Source of the DNA: an uncultured Candidatus Bathyarchaeia archaeon
Lineage (GTDB): Archaea > Thermoproteota > Bathyarchaeia > Bathyarchaeales > Bathycorpusculaceae
Length of the DNA: 64,000 nucleotides
NCBI GenBank assembly: GCA_964558305.1
Contig: CAZLCE010000006.1
Span: 3,231-67,230, forward strand
Direction: 5' to 3'
Under the pieces are notes generated by a model, which was not told the origin of the DNA, searched no databases, and was given only the letters and a program-made list of their open reading frames with translations. Positions 1 through 8,832 of the stretch are shown in pieces (within the stretch, counting starts at the first letter, position 1; each line of letters begins with the position of its first letter). The position numbers and the translations under genes are program-made.

Positions 1-579
1 GTCTTTTAGAAGCTCCTCATCAACTTCCCTTCTCAACCGCCTCTTCTCATAAGTATCAAGCAAGCCAGAAACAACACTGTCCTTAGAAATGAGCCACAAC
101 TTATCAAAACTTGCCAAATACTCATTATACTTTAACTTAAAAATCAAACCTTCCTCAGGCTTTTTAACCCGCGAATAATACAGCCTAATCTCCTCAAAAT
201 TAGTCAAAACAGCCCAATCAGCCCTCGACTGCCACGCATAATCAATAGCCATCTGCGGAAAACTCTTAACCTTTCCACCAACACGCCTAGAACCATCCAA
301 ATCCTCCTCAAACTTCTTCAACTCCAAAAAAATCTTCGCAGTACCACCCACATTAAAAAGCGAATAATCCGCAACCCCAGTTAACGTTCTCCTCTGCTCC
401 TTAACATCCTCAATCTTAGTCACATCCCAACCAAGCGCGCTCAAAAGAGGAAGAATAAACTTAGACCCCACATCAGCCTCACTAAATTCAGCCTTCTTCC
501 CCAATCGTACAACAGCATCAAAACTTTCAGCCAATTGCCGAATTTTTTCTTTAGCCTGATCCTTCTGCATTAACGACAT
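1..579 (-). CDS. PD-(D/E)xK restriction-endonuclease-like N-terminal domain protein (HsdR_N / type IIG R-M-like); first 193 codons only, gene runs off the left edge
   Basis: Not in the ORF track because it is truncated by the window. Reverse-strand ATG at 579-577, open in frame to position 1. My translation: MSLMQKDQAKEKIRQLAESF..SKFILPLLSALGWDV..TGVADYSLF..KIFLELKKF..QMAIDYAW..WAVLTNFEEIRLYY. The D..E-x-K core plus the LGW and TNF-x-x-x-RLY pattern is typical of HsdR_N-type nuclease domains. Confidence 0.55.
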   Translation of the reverse strand, partial: MSLMQKDQAKEKIRQLAESFDAVVRLGKKAEFSEADVGSKFILPLLSALGWDVTKIEDVKEQRRTLTGVADYSLFNVGGTAKIFLELKKFEEDLDGSRRVGGKVKSFPQMAIDYAWQSRADWAVLTNFEEIRLYYSRVKKPEEGLIFKLKYNEYLASFDKLWLISKDSVVSGLLDTYEKRRLRREVDEELLKD

Positions 580-700
580 CAGCCAATAATTTAGTGTCAA
601 CTCAGATTGTAATATGTCTTTGCCTTTCCAACGTTGTATAGAATTTTGACTTATAATATTAAATTCTGCAAATAGAAAAACTGGGCTGCGATTAGTAGAA

Positions 701-1060
701 TTATAGAAGTAGAAGTTCTAGTGGTTTCAACTCTCCTGTTGTTGGGTCTACTTGCAAACCAAGTTCCTCTAAAGTGGTAACACCCAAAACCTCAGCGTTC
801 AAGCCTTCACCAAAAACCACAATCGAATACGTGCTATGCCCCTTAATCTCCACCTCAATCGCACCATCATCACGCTCAATAACTCGCCCATCAGCAGTCT
901 TAAACCGCCTCTTATCCCTAGGCTCAACACCAAGTTTTTCCAGACTTTCACGCCACAAAATAGTATAAATAGCACCAGTATCCACCAACAAATCTGCCTC
1001 CACTTCAAGCTCAGGCTTATGAATATTACGAACCTTAACCTTCACCTTAAACCTACTCAA
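701..1060 (-). CDS. Retropepsin-like (clan AA) aspartic protease, single domain
   Basis: 119 aa. Catalytic LLVDTGA motif, followed by a C-terminal LGVTTLEELGLQVDPTTGEL segment typical of retropepsin-like/gag-aspartyl-protease families. Its 5' end overlaps the upstream NFACT gene by 8 nt. Confidence 0.8.
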   Translation of the reverse strand: MSRFKVKVKVRNIHKPELEVEADLLVDTGAIYTILWRESLEKLGVEPRDKRRFKTADGRVIERDDGAIEVEIKGHSTYSIVVFGEGLNAEVLGVTTLEELGLQVDPTTGELKPLELLLL

Positions 1061-3107
1061 CTATAACCCTACCCTTACCATAAGGAATAAAATCTCTTAC
1101 TGCTTCAACAGAAGCCTCCACAACCACCTCTCGCAGATCCTTCGGCAATTTCACAGCCAACCCTCTCAAAATACGTCTAAACAACTCTTTACCACTAAGG
1201 TCTCCGGGCACAACAATAACGTAAGCATTAGCCTTCGCCTTGACAGCGTCCACCGGACCACCGCCAATACGAATCAAGCCTTCCTCCTCGTTCACAGCAA
1301 CGCCAATGGCTATTCTGAGGGGAACGTTGCGCATCAAATTTCTTTCACCACGAATAACAAAACCGCCACGAGGCACAAACTCTCCGGAAGGCCCACCCTT
1401 ACTCAACTGTTCTGGCTTAACCCAATAAACATCAACACTTCCGAAGCCTTCGCGCCACCCACGCGAAAAGGCGGCTGCAAATTCTCCAGCTTCACGCAGG
1501 CATTGCTCGCTAGGCTCTTTTCCTTCAGTTTTGACAACAACAAAAGGTGCACCAGCAATATCCGCATGAAAAACAATGTCATGTGACTCTGTGTGCTTCT
1601 TAATCAAAACTTCATTGCTAACTGCGTCCTTGCCAGCAACAACCAAAAATCCATCAGAAGAAACAAACCACCTAAACTTCTCAAACCATTCCTTATGCTT
1701 AAACTTACGCTTAGCAACTTCCTCCATGGCTTCAGTCGGCTTGGCACTCTCTAAAGCTTCAGCCTCTCTAATCTTTTTTTCAATTTCCACCAACTTCTTG
1801 CGGGTTTCTTCCAAAGCATTTTTTGCACCTTCCATCTTCTGCCTAGCCCGCTTACCTCGCTCATAAAACCGTCCAGCATCCTCAAACAATTTTCCACGCA
1901 AATCCAAACCAAACCTTAACCCATCAACACAAACATTAATCACCAAACTCTTGGAGTCGAGAGATTCAAAAAACACCCATGGCTTGACGCCAGCTTTCTT
2001 TTCAGCCAAAACTTCAGAAACAATTTCACTCCATTCTTTTCCGTCTTTTTTGCCAACCAAAAATCTATCCAACAGAACTTGCAATTCGCCAACATTCGCA
2101 TAAATAGTGTCTCCAATACGCTTATCGTATTCGGATTTAGCCTCAGCCTCGACCAAAGCTTTCTCCTGTCTTTCAATGATTCGCTTAAGTCTTTCCGCTT
2201 CACGTTTTAAGACGTCAACTTCTACGCCAGCCTTAGCTTTCTCAATCGCTTTAACCCTAACATAGAACTCATCCAAAGCCTCATTAAAACTGCCGTAAGA
2301 CTGATGCTTGAAGCCTTCATAGCGCTTAAGCCTAAAAGGCACAACATCAACAAACCTGCCAGCCTCATCCAAAACAATACAAGGCTCTAATTTGTCTTTC
2401 GCAACAAGCGAAAGGAGAAACTGTAAACCATCAAAAACTGCATTGAAGTCTTTCTCGCCTAACTCACTACAAGGCATAGCTTTATCAATTCCAGCCCTTA
2501 ACAAAACTTCTTCAGCATAAACGCCGCCAATTCCCAGAAAATGTACAAGAGCCCGAACAACCTCAACATCACCAAAACCCTTCAACCCCTCAGCAAATTC
2601 TTCTCGATTAACCTTGAACGGATTCCGTCCACTAGACGGCGGAAAAGCAAAAATTTCACCGCGCAGAATATTTCGGTCTCGCATGCGTTTGTACGCCAAA
2701 GCCTGCAAAATTCTTCCATCGTCATTTACCAAAATAACGTTGCCGTCACCAAAAAGCTCCAAAACAAGCCGCAACTCGCCCATTTTAGTCTTGAAAATGA
2801 AAACAACAATCCTTTCAAACTCATATTGCCCAATATCAGCTAAAAACACGTTCCGCAGATGCTTCCTCAAAGCCATGCAAAAAGCAGGCGGTATCAAAGG
2901 CTTCTCCAAGGCATAAGCCGTTAAATGCAGCCGTTTACCAGACTCCAAAACTAGCCTAAAAGCAGGCTTGTCAGGCTTATGCAACTTGAAAAGCAAAGTC
3001 TTGCTGTCCAACTGGTAAACATTGCTAACACGAGCATCCACAATAGTTTCTTTCAACTCTCGAACAACAGCAGCGACATCAAAGCTCGTGAACTCCTTCT
3101 TATTCAA
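1053..3107 (-). CDS. NFACT-family protein (archaeal Rqc2/NEMF/RqcH homolog; FbpA-like N-terminus)
   Basis: 684 aa with a TTG start. The N-terminal FTSFDVAAVVRELKE..VSNVYQ..LLFKLHK pattern matches NFACT-N. It also has a central coiled-coil region and a C-terminal NFACT-R-like region (WFEKFRWFVSSDGFLVVAGKDAVSNEVLIKKH). Confidence 0.85.
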   Translation of the reverse strand: MNKKEFTSFDVAAVVRELKETIVDARVSNVYQLDSKTLLFKLHKPDKPAFRLVLESGKRLHLTAYALEKPLIPPAFCMALRKHLRNVFLADIGQYEFERIVVFIFKTKMGELRLVLELFGDGNVILVNDDGRILQALAYKRMRDRNILRGEIFAFPPSSGRNPFKVNREEFAEGLKGFGDVEVVRALVHFLGIGGVYAEEVLLRAGIDKAMPCSELGEKDFNAVFDGLQFLLSLVAKDKLEPCIVLDEAGRFVDVVPFRLKRYEGFKHQSYGSFNEALDEFYVRVKAIEKAKAGVEVDVLKREAERLKRIIERQEKALVEAEAKSEYDKRIGDTIYANVGELQVLLDRFLVGKKDGKEWSEIVSEVLAEKKAGVKPWVFFESLDSKSLVINVCVDGLRFGLDLRGKLFEDAGRFYERGKRARQKMEGAKNALEETRKKLVEIEKKIREAEALESAKPTEAMEEVAKRKFKHKEWFEKFRWFVSSDGFLVVAGKDAVSNEVLIKKHTESHDIVFHADIAGAPFVVVKTEGKEPSEQCLREAGEFAAAFSRGWREGFGSVDVYWVKPEQLSKGGPSGEFVPRGGFVIRGERNLMRNVPLRIAIGVAVNEEEGLIRIGGGPVDAVKAKANAYVIVVPGDLSGKELFRRILRGLAVKLPKDLREVVVEASVEAVRDFIPYGKGRVIVE

Positions 3108-3204
3108 CCCAAACCACTTTCTAAAACTGTATAACCACCAAACTATAAATAGACATTACATTCCTAATGAAAGCATCTACTGCAATAGTTAGGATGAAAA
3201 GCGC

Positions 3205-4059
3205 ATGAAAATCCTCGGTTTAGTCGCCAGTTACCGAAAGTTAGGAAACACTGAAGTTTTGGTTAAGGAAGCCTTAATAGAAGCCCAACACCTAGGAGCC
3301 GAAATAGACGTGTTGCGACTCACAGACCTTAAAATCGAACCCTGCAAGGGATGCATGGCTTGCGTTTTCAAACAAGAAGAATGTCGTATCCAAGATGACT
3401 GGAACACCTTCCGAAACAAACTAGCGGAAAGTGATGCAGTCATAATAGGAGTCCCCACATACTTCCTAGGACCAGCTGGAATCATAAAATTGATCACTGA
3501 CCGCAACATTGCCATTCACTATGGGACAACCCAGAAAACAGGGAAACCAGGAGCCATAATAAGCGTTTCTGGCGTGAGAGGATGGGAACCTTTTGCTTTG
3601 CCAATGCTAAACGTTTTCATGTTCACTTGCGGCTTAAGAGTTGTTGACCAGGCAATGTTTTATGCTCAAGGTCCAGGGGAAATTTTGTTGGATGGTTCAG
3701 CCGTGGATAGGGCAAGGAAAATTGGCTCCAACGTTTTCGAAGCTGCTAGCAAATCGATTAAAGAAAGAATATACGTTGGAGATCAAGGCGTTTGTCCCGC
3801 TTGTCATCAAAACCTGTTTTCAGTAAAAGATGGATTATTGGAATGCGCATTATGCCAAGCTAAAGCTGAGCTTAAAACGGTGAATGGTGAGATCAAACTT
3901 GTTTTCATCCCAGAAACCTTGAAAGACCATCGTTGGAGCGAAGAAGCCTTATTCAAGAATTTTTCCTCGGCCATTCTTCCTTCTGGGCCTAGATTTTTGA
4001 AGGAAATGGACGAAATTAAAAAGCGAGCTCGCAAATATGATAGCGTTGGCAAAACTTGA
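3205..4059 (+). CDS. Iron-sulfur flavoprotein / NADPH-dependent FMN reductase family, with a C-terminal Zn-ribbon-like extension
   Basis: MKILGLVASYRKLGNTE flavodoxin-like N-terminus. Compact Cys cluster CKGCMACVFKQEEC as in Isf proteins. Extra CPACHQ..CALCQ motif near the C-terminus. Confidence 0.7.
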   Translation: MKILGLVASYRKLGNTEVLVKEALIEAQHLGAEIDVLRLTDLKIEPCKGCMACVFKQEECRIQDDWNTFRNKLAESDAVIIGVPTYFLGPAGIIKLITDRNIAIHYGTTQKTGKPGAIISVSGVRGWEPFALPMLNVFMFTCGLRVVDQAMFYAQGPGEILLDGSAVDRARKIGSNVFEAASKSIKERIYVGDQGVCPACHQNLFSVKDGLLECALCQAKAELKTVNGEIKLVFIPETLKDHRWSEEALFKNFSSAILPSGPRFLKEMDEIKKRARKYDSVGKT

Positions 4060-4073
4060 AGTTATGCGCCTTT

Positions 4074-4484
4074 CTACTTGTCCTTCAATAGGTAATAGGT
4101 TAAGAGACTCTTGGCGACTAGATCGCCTTCATTGTTTTTGACTTCTACGTCGCTTACGAAGATCCTAGAGCCTTTGTGTATGTTTCGTGCCTCTGCGATG
4201 AGCTTGCCTGATGTGACTGGTTTTAAAAAATTGACTTTCATTTCCACCGTGACTGGAATGCCTTCAAAGTTGCTTGAACCGAAGACAGCCCAGGCTGCTG
4301 CTGAATCAACTAAACTTGCTATGACTCCGCCGTGAACTGTGTTTAGAAGCTGCATATGTTTTTCAGCGATTTCCATCGAAAGGCGCGCATAATCCTCTTG
4401 CACTTCTTCAATTTTCACGCCCAAAAGCTGGTAGAATGGACTTTTTTCGCCACGACTGATGAGCACTTCTCGTGCAGAGTGCAT
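4074..4484 (-). CDS. PaaI-family hotdog-fold thioesterase
   Basis: 136 aa. NTVHGGVIASLVDSAAAWAV motif and a size typical of PaaI/YbgC hotdog thioesterases. Confidence 0.8.
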   Translation of the reverse strand: MHSAREVLISRGEKSPFYQLLGVKIEEVQEDYARLSMEIAEKHMQLLNTVHGGVIASLVDSAAAWAVFGSSNFEGIPVTVEMKVNFLKPVTSGKLIAEARNIHKGSRIFVSDVEVKNNEGDLVAKSLLTYYLLKDK

Positions 4485-4637
4485 GCTTACTCACCATAGG
4501 AATGCAAATATCGTGTAAGTATTTATTTTTACGCTCTCAAACAAGATTTTAACCTTGTCAAAATTATGCGAAGCAATGTTTGAGTAGACAACTTTAAATT
4601 ATATTTCAAAATATAAAATGTAAGGTGTTGAAACATA

Positions 4638-4949
4638 ATGAAACCGCTTCAAGTCGTTTATGTTTTAAGAGTAGTCTTTGGCATAGTAGCAGCTCTCTTG
4701 GCCACTGCCTATGTAATAGGGATAGGAGCCGTCTCTAAAACATGGTCTTCCCCTAACTGGAGCATTTTATTTAACGGTATGAGCCTCGCAATAATACTAT
4801 ATATAGTATCCTTCTACGCCATAAAGCGCTTTTTCGCGCTTAAAGTGGAAAAACCGCAAAAGCTCTTTACAATGGGAATAGGCATTTACTTCCTCACATG
4901 GATAGTTTTCTGGATCCTCATGTACACGATAATAGCTAGCTTAGCTTAA
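4638..4949 (+). CDS. Small integral membrane protein (about 3 TM), function unknown
   Basis: 103 aa with three long hydrophobic segments. AGGTG Shine-Dalgarno-like motif about 10 nt upstream and AT-rich TATA-like sequence further upstream. Confidence 0.5.
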   Translation: MKPLQVVYVLRVVFGIVAALLATAYVIGIGAVSKTWSSPNWSILFNGMSLAIILYIVSFYAIKRFFALKVEKPQKLFTMGIGIYFLTWIVFWILMYTIIASLA

Positions 4950-5401
4950 TCTTCTTCTTTAAGAAAATTCTCCATAGTTTCCTGGCTCTTGTCACTTTTC
5001 AAGGCTTCAAGCTTTTCGTTCTCCGGAATTGCATTGATTGCATTTGGAACACTTGCGATGTCCATTCTGCTGAGCACTCGCATGCAGTCAGTCCAAGCTG
5101 AGAAGAATCCGCGGTCAAAATCTCCATGAAGCCCGTTTCTTGTGTGATTTTGAAATTCTCGTCTGTAGTTATGCAGAGCTGCTTTGTCTTTTAAATCTAA
5201 TTTTGAGAAAAACGCATCCACATCGTTATTGTTGGATCGGCGCGCAAGCAGCATCCCAAACAAAGCTCTGAAGTAACCGCGGTTCCACTCTGTTTTCTGC
5301 ATTTTCTGTTTAAGCCTTTCCAATTCGCGTGCGGCTTCAGTAAACTGTCTATTAACTAAAAGCTGGAAGTAACGTGTAACTAGAGTTTGAGGAATAGGCA
5401 T
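4946..5401 (-). CDS. Hypothetical helical protein with an acidic C-terminal tail, translationally coupled to radA
   Basis: 151 aa. Its ATG lies 2 nt after the radA stop codon. I recognise no family. The C-terminus is ..ETMENFLKEED. Confidence 0.5.
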   Translation of the reverse strand: MPIPQTLVTRYFQLLVNRQFTEAARELERLKQKMQKTEWNRGYFRALFGMLLARRSNNNDVDAFFSKLDLKDKAALHNYRREFQNHTRNGLHGDFDRGFFSAWTDCMRVLSRMDIASVPNAINAIPENEKLEALKSDKSQETMENFLKEED

Positions 5402-5403
5402 TT

Positions 5404-6420
5404 TTAACGCCCGCGGGGCTTGGTTTTCTCTTCTTCAGAAACATCCTCTATGCCGTTCTCAGTTATTTTAAATATTTCTTCCCCTTCGGGCAAATAGGGA
5501 CTAGAAACTAGGCGAGCAATTCGTACTGGACCATGGGCAGCCCTTCGCAGATAAACACGCGTGTGGCTGGTGTGTCCAACAATGTGTCCGCCAATGGGAT
5601 GCACGGCGTCTCCGAAAAACACGTCTGGTTTAGCCATGACTTGATTTGTGACAACAGCTACAGCGTTAAAAGCCCTAGCCAAGCGAATAAGCTTATGCAT
5701 GTGCTTGTTAAGCTTCTGTTGTCTTGAAGCCAACATTTCACGTCCAATGTATTCGCTTCTAAAGTGTGAAGTCAAAGAATCAACAATTATAAGCTTCACG
5801 TTGTTCGCTTTTATTATTTCATCAGCGTTGTCTAATAGGAACATTTGATGGTCTGAGGTGTAGGCTTCAGCGTAAATGATGTTCTTAGCGACCTGTTCAG
5901 GGTCAAGTCCCAGATGTTTAGACATCTGCACGATGCGTTCTGTTCTAAAGGTGTTCTCTGTGTCAACATACAAAGCAGCGCCGTTGAGTCCACCACGTTC
6001 AGGAGACAACTGAACATTTACGCACAATTGGTGACAAAGTTGGCTTTTTCCGCTGCCATATTCGCCGTAAAATTCTGTTATGGTCTGCGTTTCCAGTCCG
6101 CCATCAAGAATCTTGTCCATAGCCTTGCTTCCACTTGTTAAACGTAAAACACTCTGTCGCATTTTGAGAAGTTCATCCGCCTTGACGAAAGAAACGCTGA
6201 TAGAAGAGCGGGCAGCATCAATAACTGCAAAAGCCTTTTTTTCGCTTATGCCTGCGGGCTCCAACTCGCGAGCTGTAGCCATAGCTAAGGATTCAACAGT
6301 GTGAAATCCCATCTCCCGCAGTTTTTGAGCAGTGGCTGGGCCTATTCCTGGGAGGTCTTCTAAAAGCTCGTATTTTCTCTTAAGTGCTACGTCTATCTTC
6401 TCCTCTTCTTCTGTTGCCAT
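5404..6420 (-). CDS. radA: DNA repair and recombination protein RadA
   Basis: 338 aa. N-terminal HhH domain (LEDLPGIGPATAQKL), Walker A GEYGSGKSQ, and a Walker B/strand LIIVDS. Confidence 0.95.
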   Translation of the reverse strand: MATEEEEKIDVALKRKYELLEDLPGIGPATAQKLREMGFHTVESLAMATARELEPAGISEKKAFAVIDAARSSISVSFVKADELLKMRQSVLRLTSGSKAMDKILDGGLETQTITEFYGEYGSGKSQLCHQLCVNVQLSPERGGLNGAALYVDTENTFRTERIVQMSKHLGLDPEQVAKNIIYAEAYTSDHQMFLLDNADEIIKANNVKLIIVDSLTSHFRSEYIGREMLASRQQKLNKHMHKLIRLARAFNAVAVVTNQVMAKPDVFFGDAVHPIGGHIVGHTSHTRVYLRRAAHGPVRIARLVSSPYLPEGEEIFKITENGIEDVSEEEKTKPRGR

Positions 6421-6644
6421 AACGCGTTTACTCTCCTTTTTTCGCGTTCACTGAAACAGTTGAGGCAAGCGGTATTTAAAACAAGCGAAGCATAATAGCG
6501 TCTGTTCCGTAGAGAGATGAGTTAAAGTGAAAATTAGGAAGTTGGCTGTTCTAGAAAGTTTCCTTAAGCCTTGCTGTTATTGCGTGATAAGGTATAAGTA
6601 CATGGTTTTTTCATAAAACTGGTCTAACAAGAGGGAGATAATCA

Positions 6645-7529
6645 TTGGAAAAAGCAAAAATCGTAGAAAACGTTGCTTTCAACATCTTAAAACAAGCTGT
6701 CATTTACCTACCTGAAGACGTGAAAGAAGCGCTCAAAAAATCGTATGCAGAAGAAACAAGCGAAACTGGCAAGACTCAGCTGAAGGCGATTTTGGATAAC
6801 ATTGAATTAGCTGAAAAGTATGAGGCTCCAGTATGCCAGGACACGGGCACAATAATTTTCTACATTAAAGCCGGAGTCAAGGCAAAGAATCTGGACAAAG
6901 TTGAAGAGGCGCTGATAAATGCGACGCGGAGAGCCACAAAAGATGTTCCCCTTAGACCGAATGCGGTTGACCCGTTCACGCAGAAGAACAGCGGAGACAA
7001 CACTGGAAGATTCATACCATACGTAAACTGGGAAATCGTGCCAGGCGACAGTCTAGAATTGACGGTTATGACTAAGGGCGGAGGTTCTGAGAACGTCTGT
7101 GTGACGGGTATGCTCGTGCCAGGTGAAGGAATTAAAGGTTTGAAAAAGTTTGTTGTTGACGCCGTAATAAAGGCTGGTGCTCAACCTTGTCCGCCGAACA
7201 TTTTAGGCGTCGCTGTCGGAGGTGGAGCCGACATATCTATGAAACTAGCCAAAAAATCCCTGCTAAAATCCTTAAACGAGCCTAATCCAAACCCTGAACT
7301 TGCCAAGCTTGAAAAGGAAATTTTTGAGGCTGTAAACATGACTGGAATTGGCCCAATGGGTTTGGGTGGAAAGACAACTGTTTTAGGCGTGCATGTGGAC
7401 TATGCTTTTAGACATCCAGCGTCTTTTCCTGCTGCTGTTGCCTTCAATTGCTGGGCTGCCAGAAGAGCTTCGGCACGAATTAACGCGGATGGAACAGTTG
7501 AATATTTAACGCATAGACTAAAATGGTGA
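6645..7529 (+). CDS. Class I fumarate hydratase (or tartrate dehydratase family), alpha subunit
   Basis: 294 aa with a TTG start. PVCQDTGT motif characteristic of the Fe-S type hydrolyase alpha subunit. Followed 12 nt later by the beta subunit. Confidence 0.9.
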   Translation: MEKAKIVENVAFNILKQAVIYLPEDVKEALKKSYAEETSETGKTQLKAILDNIELAEKYEAPVCQDTGTIIFYIKAGVKAKNLDKVEEALINATRRATKDVPLRPNAVDPFTQKNSGDNTGRFIPYVNWEIVPGDSLELTVMTKGGGSENVCVTGMLVPGEGIKGLKKFVVDAVIKAGAQPCPPNILGVAVGGGADISMKLAKKSLLKSLNEPNPNPELAKLEKEIFEAVNMTGIGPMGLGGKTTVLGVHVDYAFRHPASFPAAVAFNCWAARRASARINADGTVEYLTHRLKW

Positions 7530-7541
7530 GGTGAAAGAAAG

Positions 7542-8147
7542 ATGGCAGTTTTTAAACTTAAGACACCCATTTCTGAGGAGGAAATCCGCAAACTCAAAGT
7601 GAACGATGTATTATATGTGACTGGAACAATCGTAACTGCAAGGGACCAAGCCCACAGAAGAGCCCTAGAATATTTTAAGCAGGGAAAGCCCTTGCCCATA
7701 AACCTTGAAGGCCTAGCAGTTTTTCACTGTGGTCCAGTGATGAGCAAACAAGGTGACAAGTGGATTGCGGTGGCGGCTGGTCCGACAACGAGCACGAGGA
7801 TGGACATTTTTGAAGACGAGTTCATAAAGAACTTCAAAGTGCGCGTTGTCATCGGCAAGGGTGGAATGGGCAAGAAGACAACTGATGCCATGGCAAAGTA
7901 CGGCGCTGTCTATGGCGCTTTCACTGGTGGAGCCGCAATACTGGCTGCGAAAGCCATTAAAAATGTTAGAAGTGTCGAGTGGTTTGATCTAGGCATACCT
8001 GAAGCAATGTGGATTTTTGAGGCTGAGGAGTTTGGTCCTTTGGCTGTGGCTATTGATTCATATGGAAACAATCTTTTCATGAACGTTGCAAAGGGCGTTG
8101 AAGAGAATAAACAGAGGATTTATCAGAAACTTGGTTTGTCGCCATAA
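7542..8147 (+). CDS. Class I fumarate hydratase, beta subunit
   Basis: 201 aa. GTIVTARDQAHRR and GKGGMG motifs typical of the Fe-S hydrolyase beta subunit. Confidence 0.9.
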   Translation: MAVFKLKTPISEEEIRKLKVNDVLYVTGTIVTARDQAHRRALEYFKQGKPLPINLEGLAVFHCGPVMSKQGDKWIAVAAGPTTSTRMDIFEDEFIKNFKVRVVIGKGGMGKKTTDAMAKYGAVYGAFTGGAAILAAKAIKNVRSVEWFDLGIPEAMWIFEAEEFGPLAVAIDSYGNNLFMNVAKGVEENKQRIYQKLGLSP

Positions 8148-8258
8148 TCTCATTTACACCTTTTTCTTCTTTATTGTTGTGTCTGATTTTTGATAGTTAG
8201 TTTGGATTGTGTTTAGTGTATCAGAAGATTTAATATTAGATTTTTACATTCCATTAGA

Positions 8259-8798
8259 ATGGTGACAGAAGGTATGCTCAAAAACTTCAGGGACAAGATA
8301 GCCCTTTCCGGGGTCACAGTGCTGATGATAGGCGTAATTCTGCTGGTATTCACTTTTATAAGTGCTTACGGATTTCTAACTCAAAGCCTTTCAATAATTG
8401 CTTCTGAAGATTTGGTGCAAACGTTTGGTGAAGCGCTGGCTCCTTTGATTGCGACGTGCATACGTATAATGTATCTTGGAGTGATGGGTTGGGTTGGCTC
8501 GCTTTTAACAATAAGAGGCGTCACGATAATAGCGCATGCACCACAACCAGCCGTCGCTGTTCCACCACAACAGCCTAGGGCAGAACCGAAACCGCAGCTC
8601 CAACCGCAGCTGCAGAAGCCAAAAGTTGAAAAACTGAAAGAAGAGAAGCCTATAGAAGAGAAGCCAAAGGAAGAAGTGAAACAGCCAGAACCAGAGTTTG
8701 TGGTTATTCCTCCAGAAGAAGTTTCGCAACCACAACCGCAACCGCAGCAAAAAGAACCTGAAAAAACTAATTCTTCAACGCCACCATCCAATCAATAA
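8259..8798 (+). CDS. Membrane protein with a Pro/Gln/Glu/Lys-rich low-complexity C-terminal tail
   Basis: 179 aa. Has 2-3 N-terminal TM segments, then PQPAVAVPPQQPRAEPKPQLQPQLQKPKVEKLKEEKPIEEKPKEE..PQPQPQQKEPEK. Confidence 0.6.
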   Translation: MVTEGMLKNFRDKIALSGVTVLMIGVILLVFTFISAYGFLTQSLSIIASEDLVQTFGEALAPLIATCIRIMYLGVMGWVGSLLTIRGVTIIAHAPQPAVAVPPQQPRAEPKPQLQPQLQKPKVEKLKEEKPIEEKPKEEVKQPEPEFVVIPPEEVSQPQPQPQQKEPEKTNSSTPPSNQ

Positions 8799-8832
8799 AT
8801 CTTGTATTAAACACCGGAAAAGGAGCCATCCC

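Noticed and set aside
3400-3700. The strand-composition switch near 3560 as a replication origin or terminus.
   Set aside because: No origin-recognition-box-like repeats, AT-rich unwinding element or adjacent orc1/cdc6 gene are present. The switch lies inside an intact gene, and similar switches recur many times in the window, which a single origin or terminus cannot explain.
8381-8791. Antisense ORFs (136 aa and 81 aa) rich in Gly/Cys/Ser across 8381-8791.
   Set aside because: They are the reverse complement of the Pro/Gln/Glu/Lys-rich low-complexity coding region, so they are an artefact of repetitive codons.
8698-8832. The N-terminal 45-codon extension of the track ORF 8698-9612.
   Set aside because: It overlaps the 3' end of the previous gene in another frame and encodes a basic low-complexity peptide. 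The ATG at 8833, with an upstream GGAG and an immediate TM helix, is the more plausible start.
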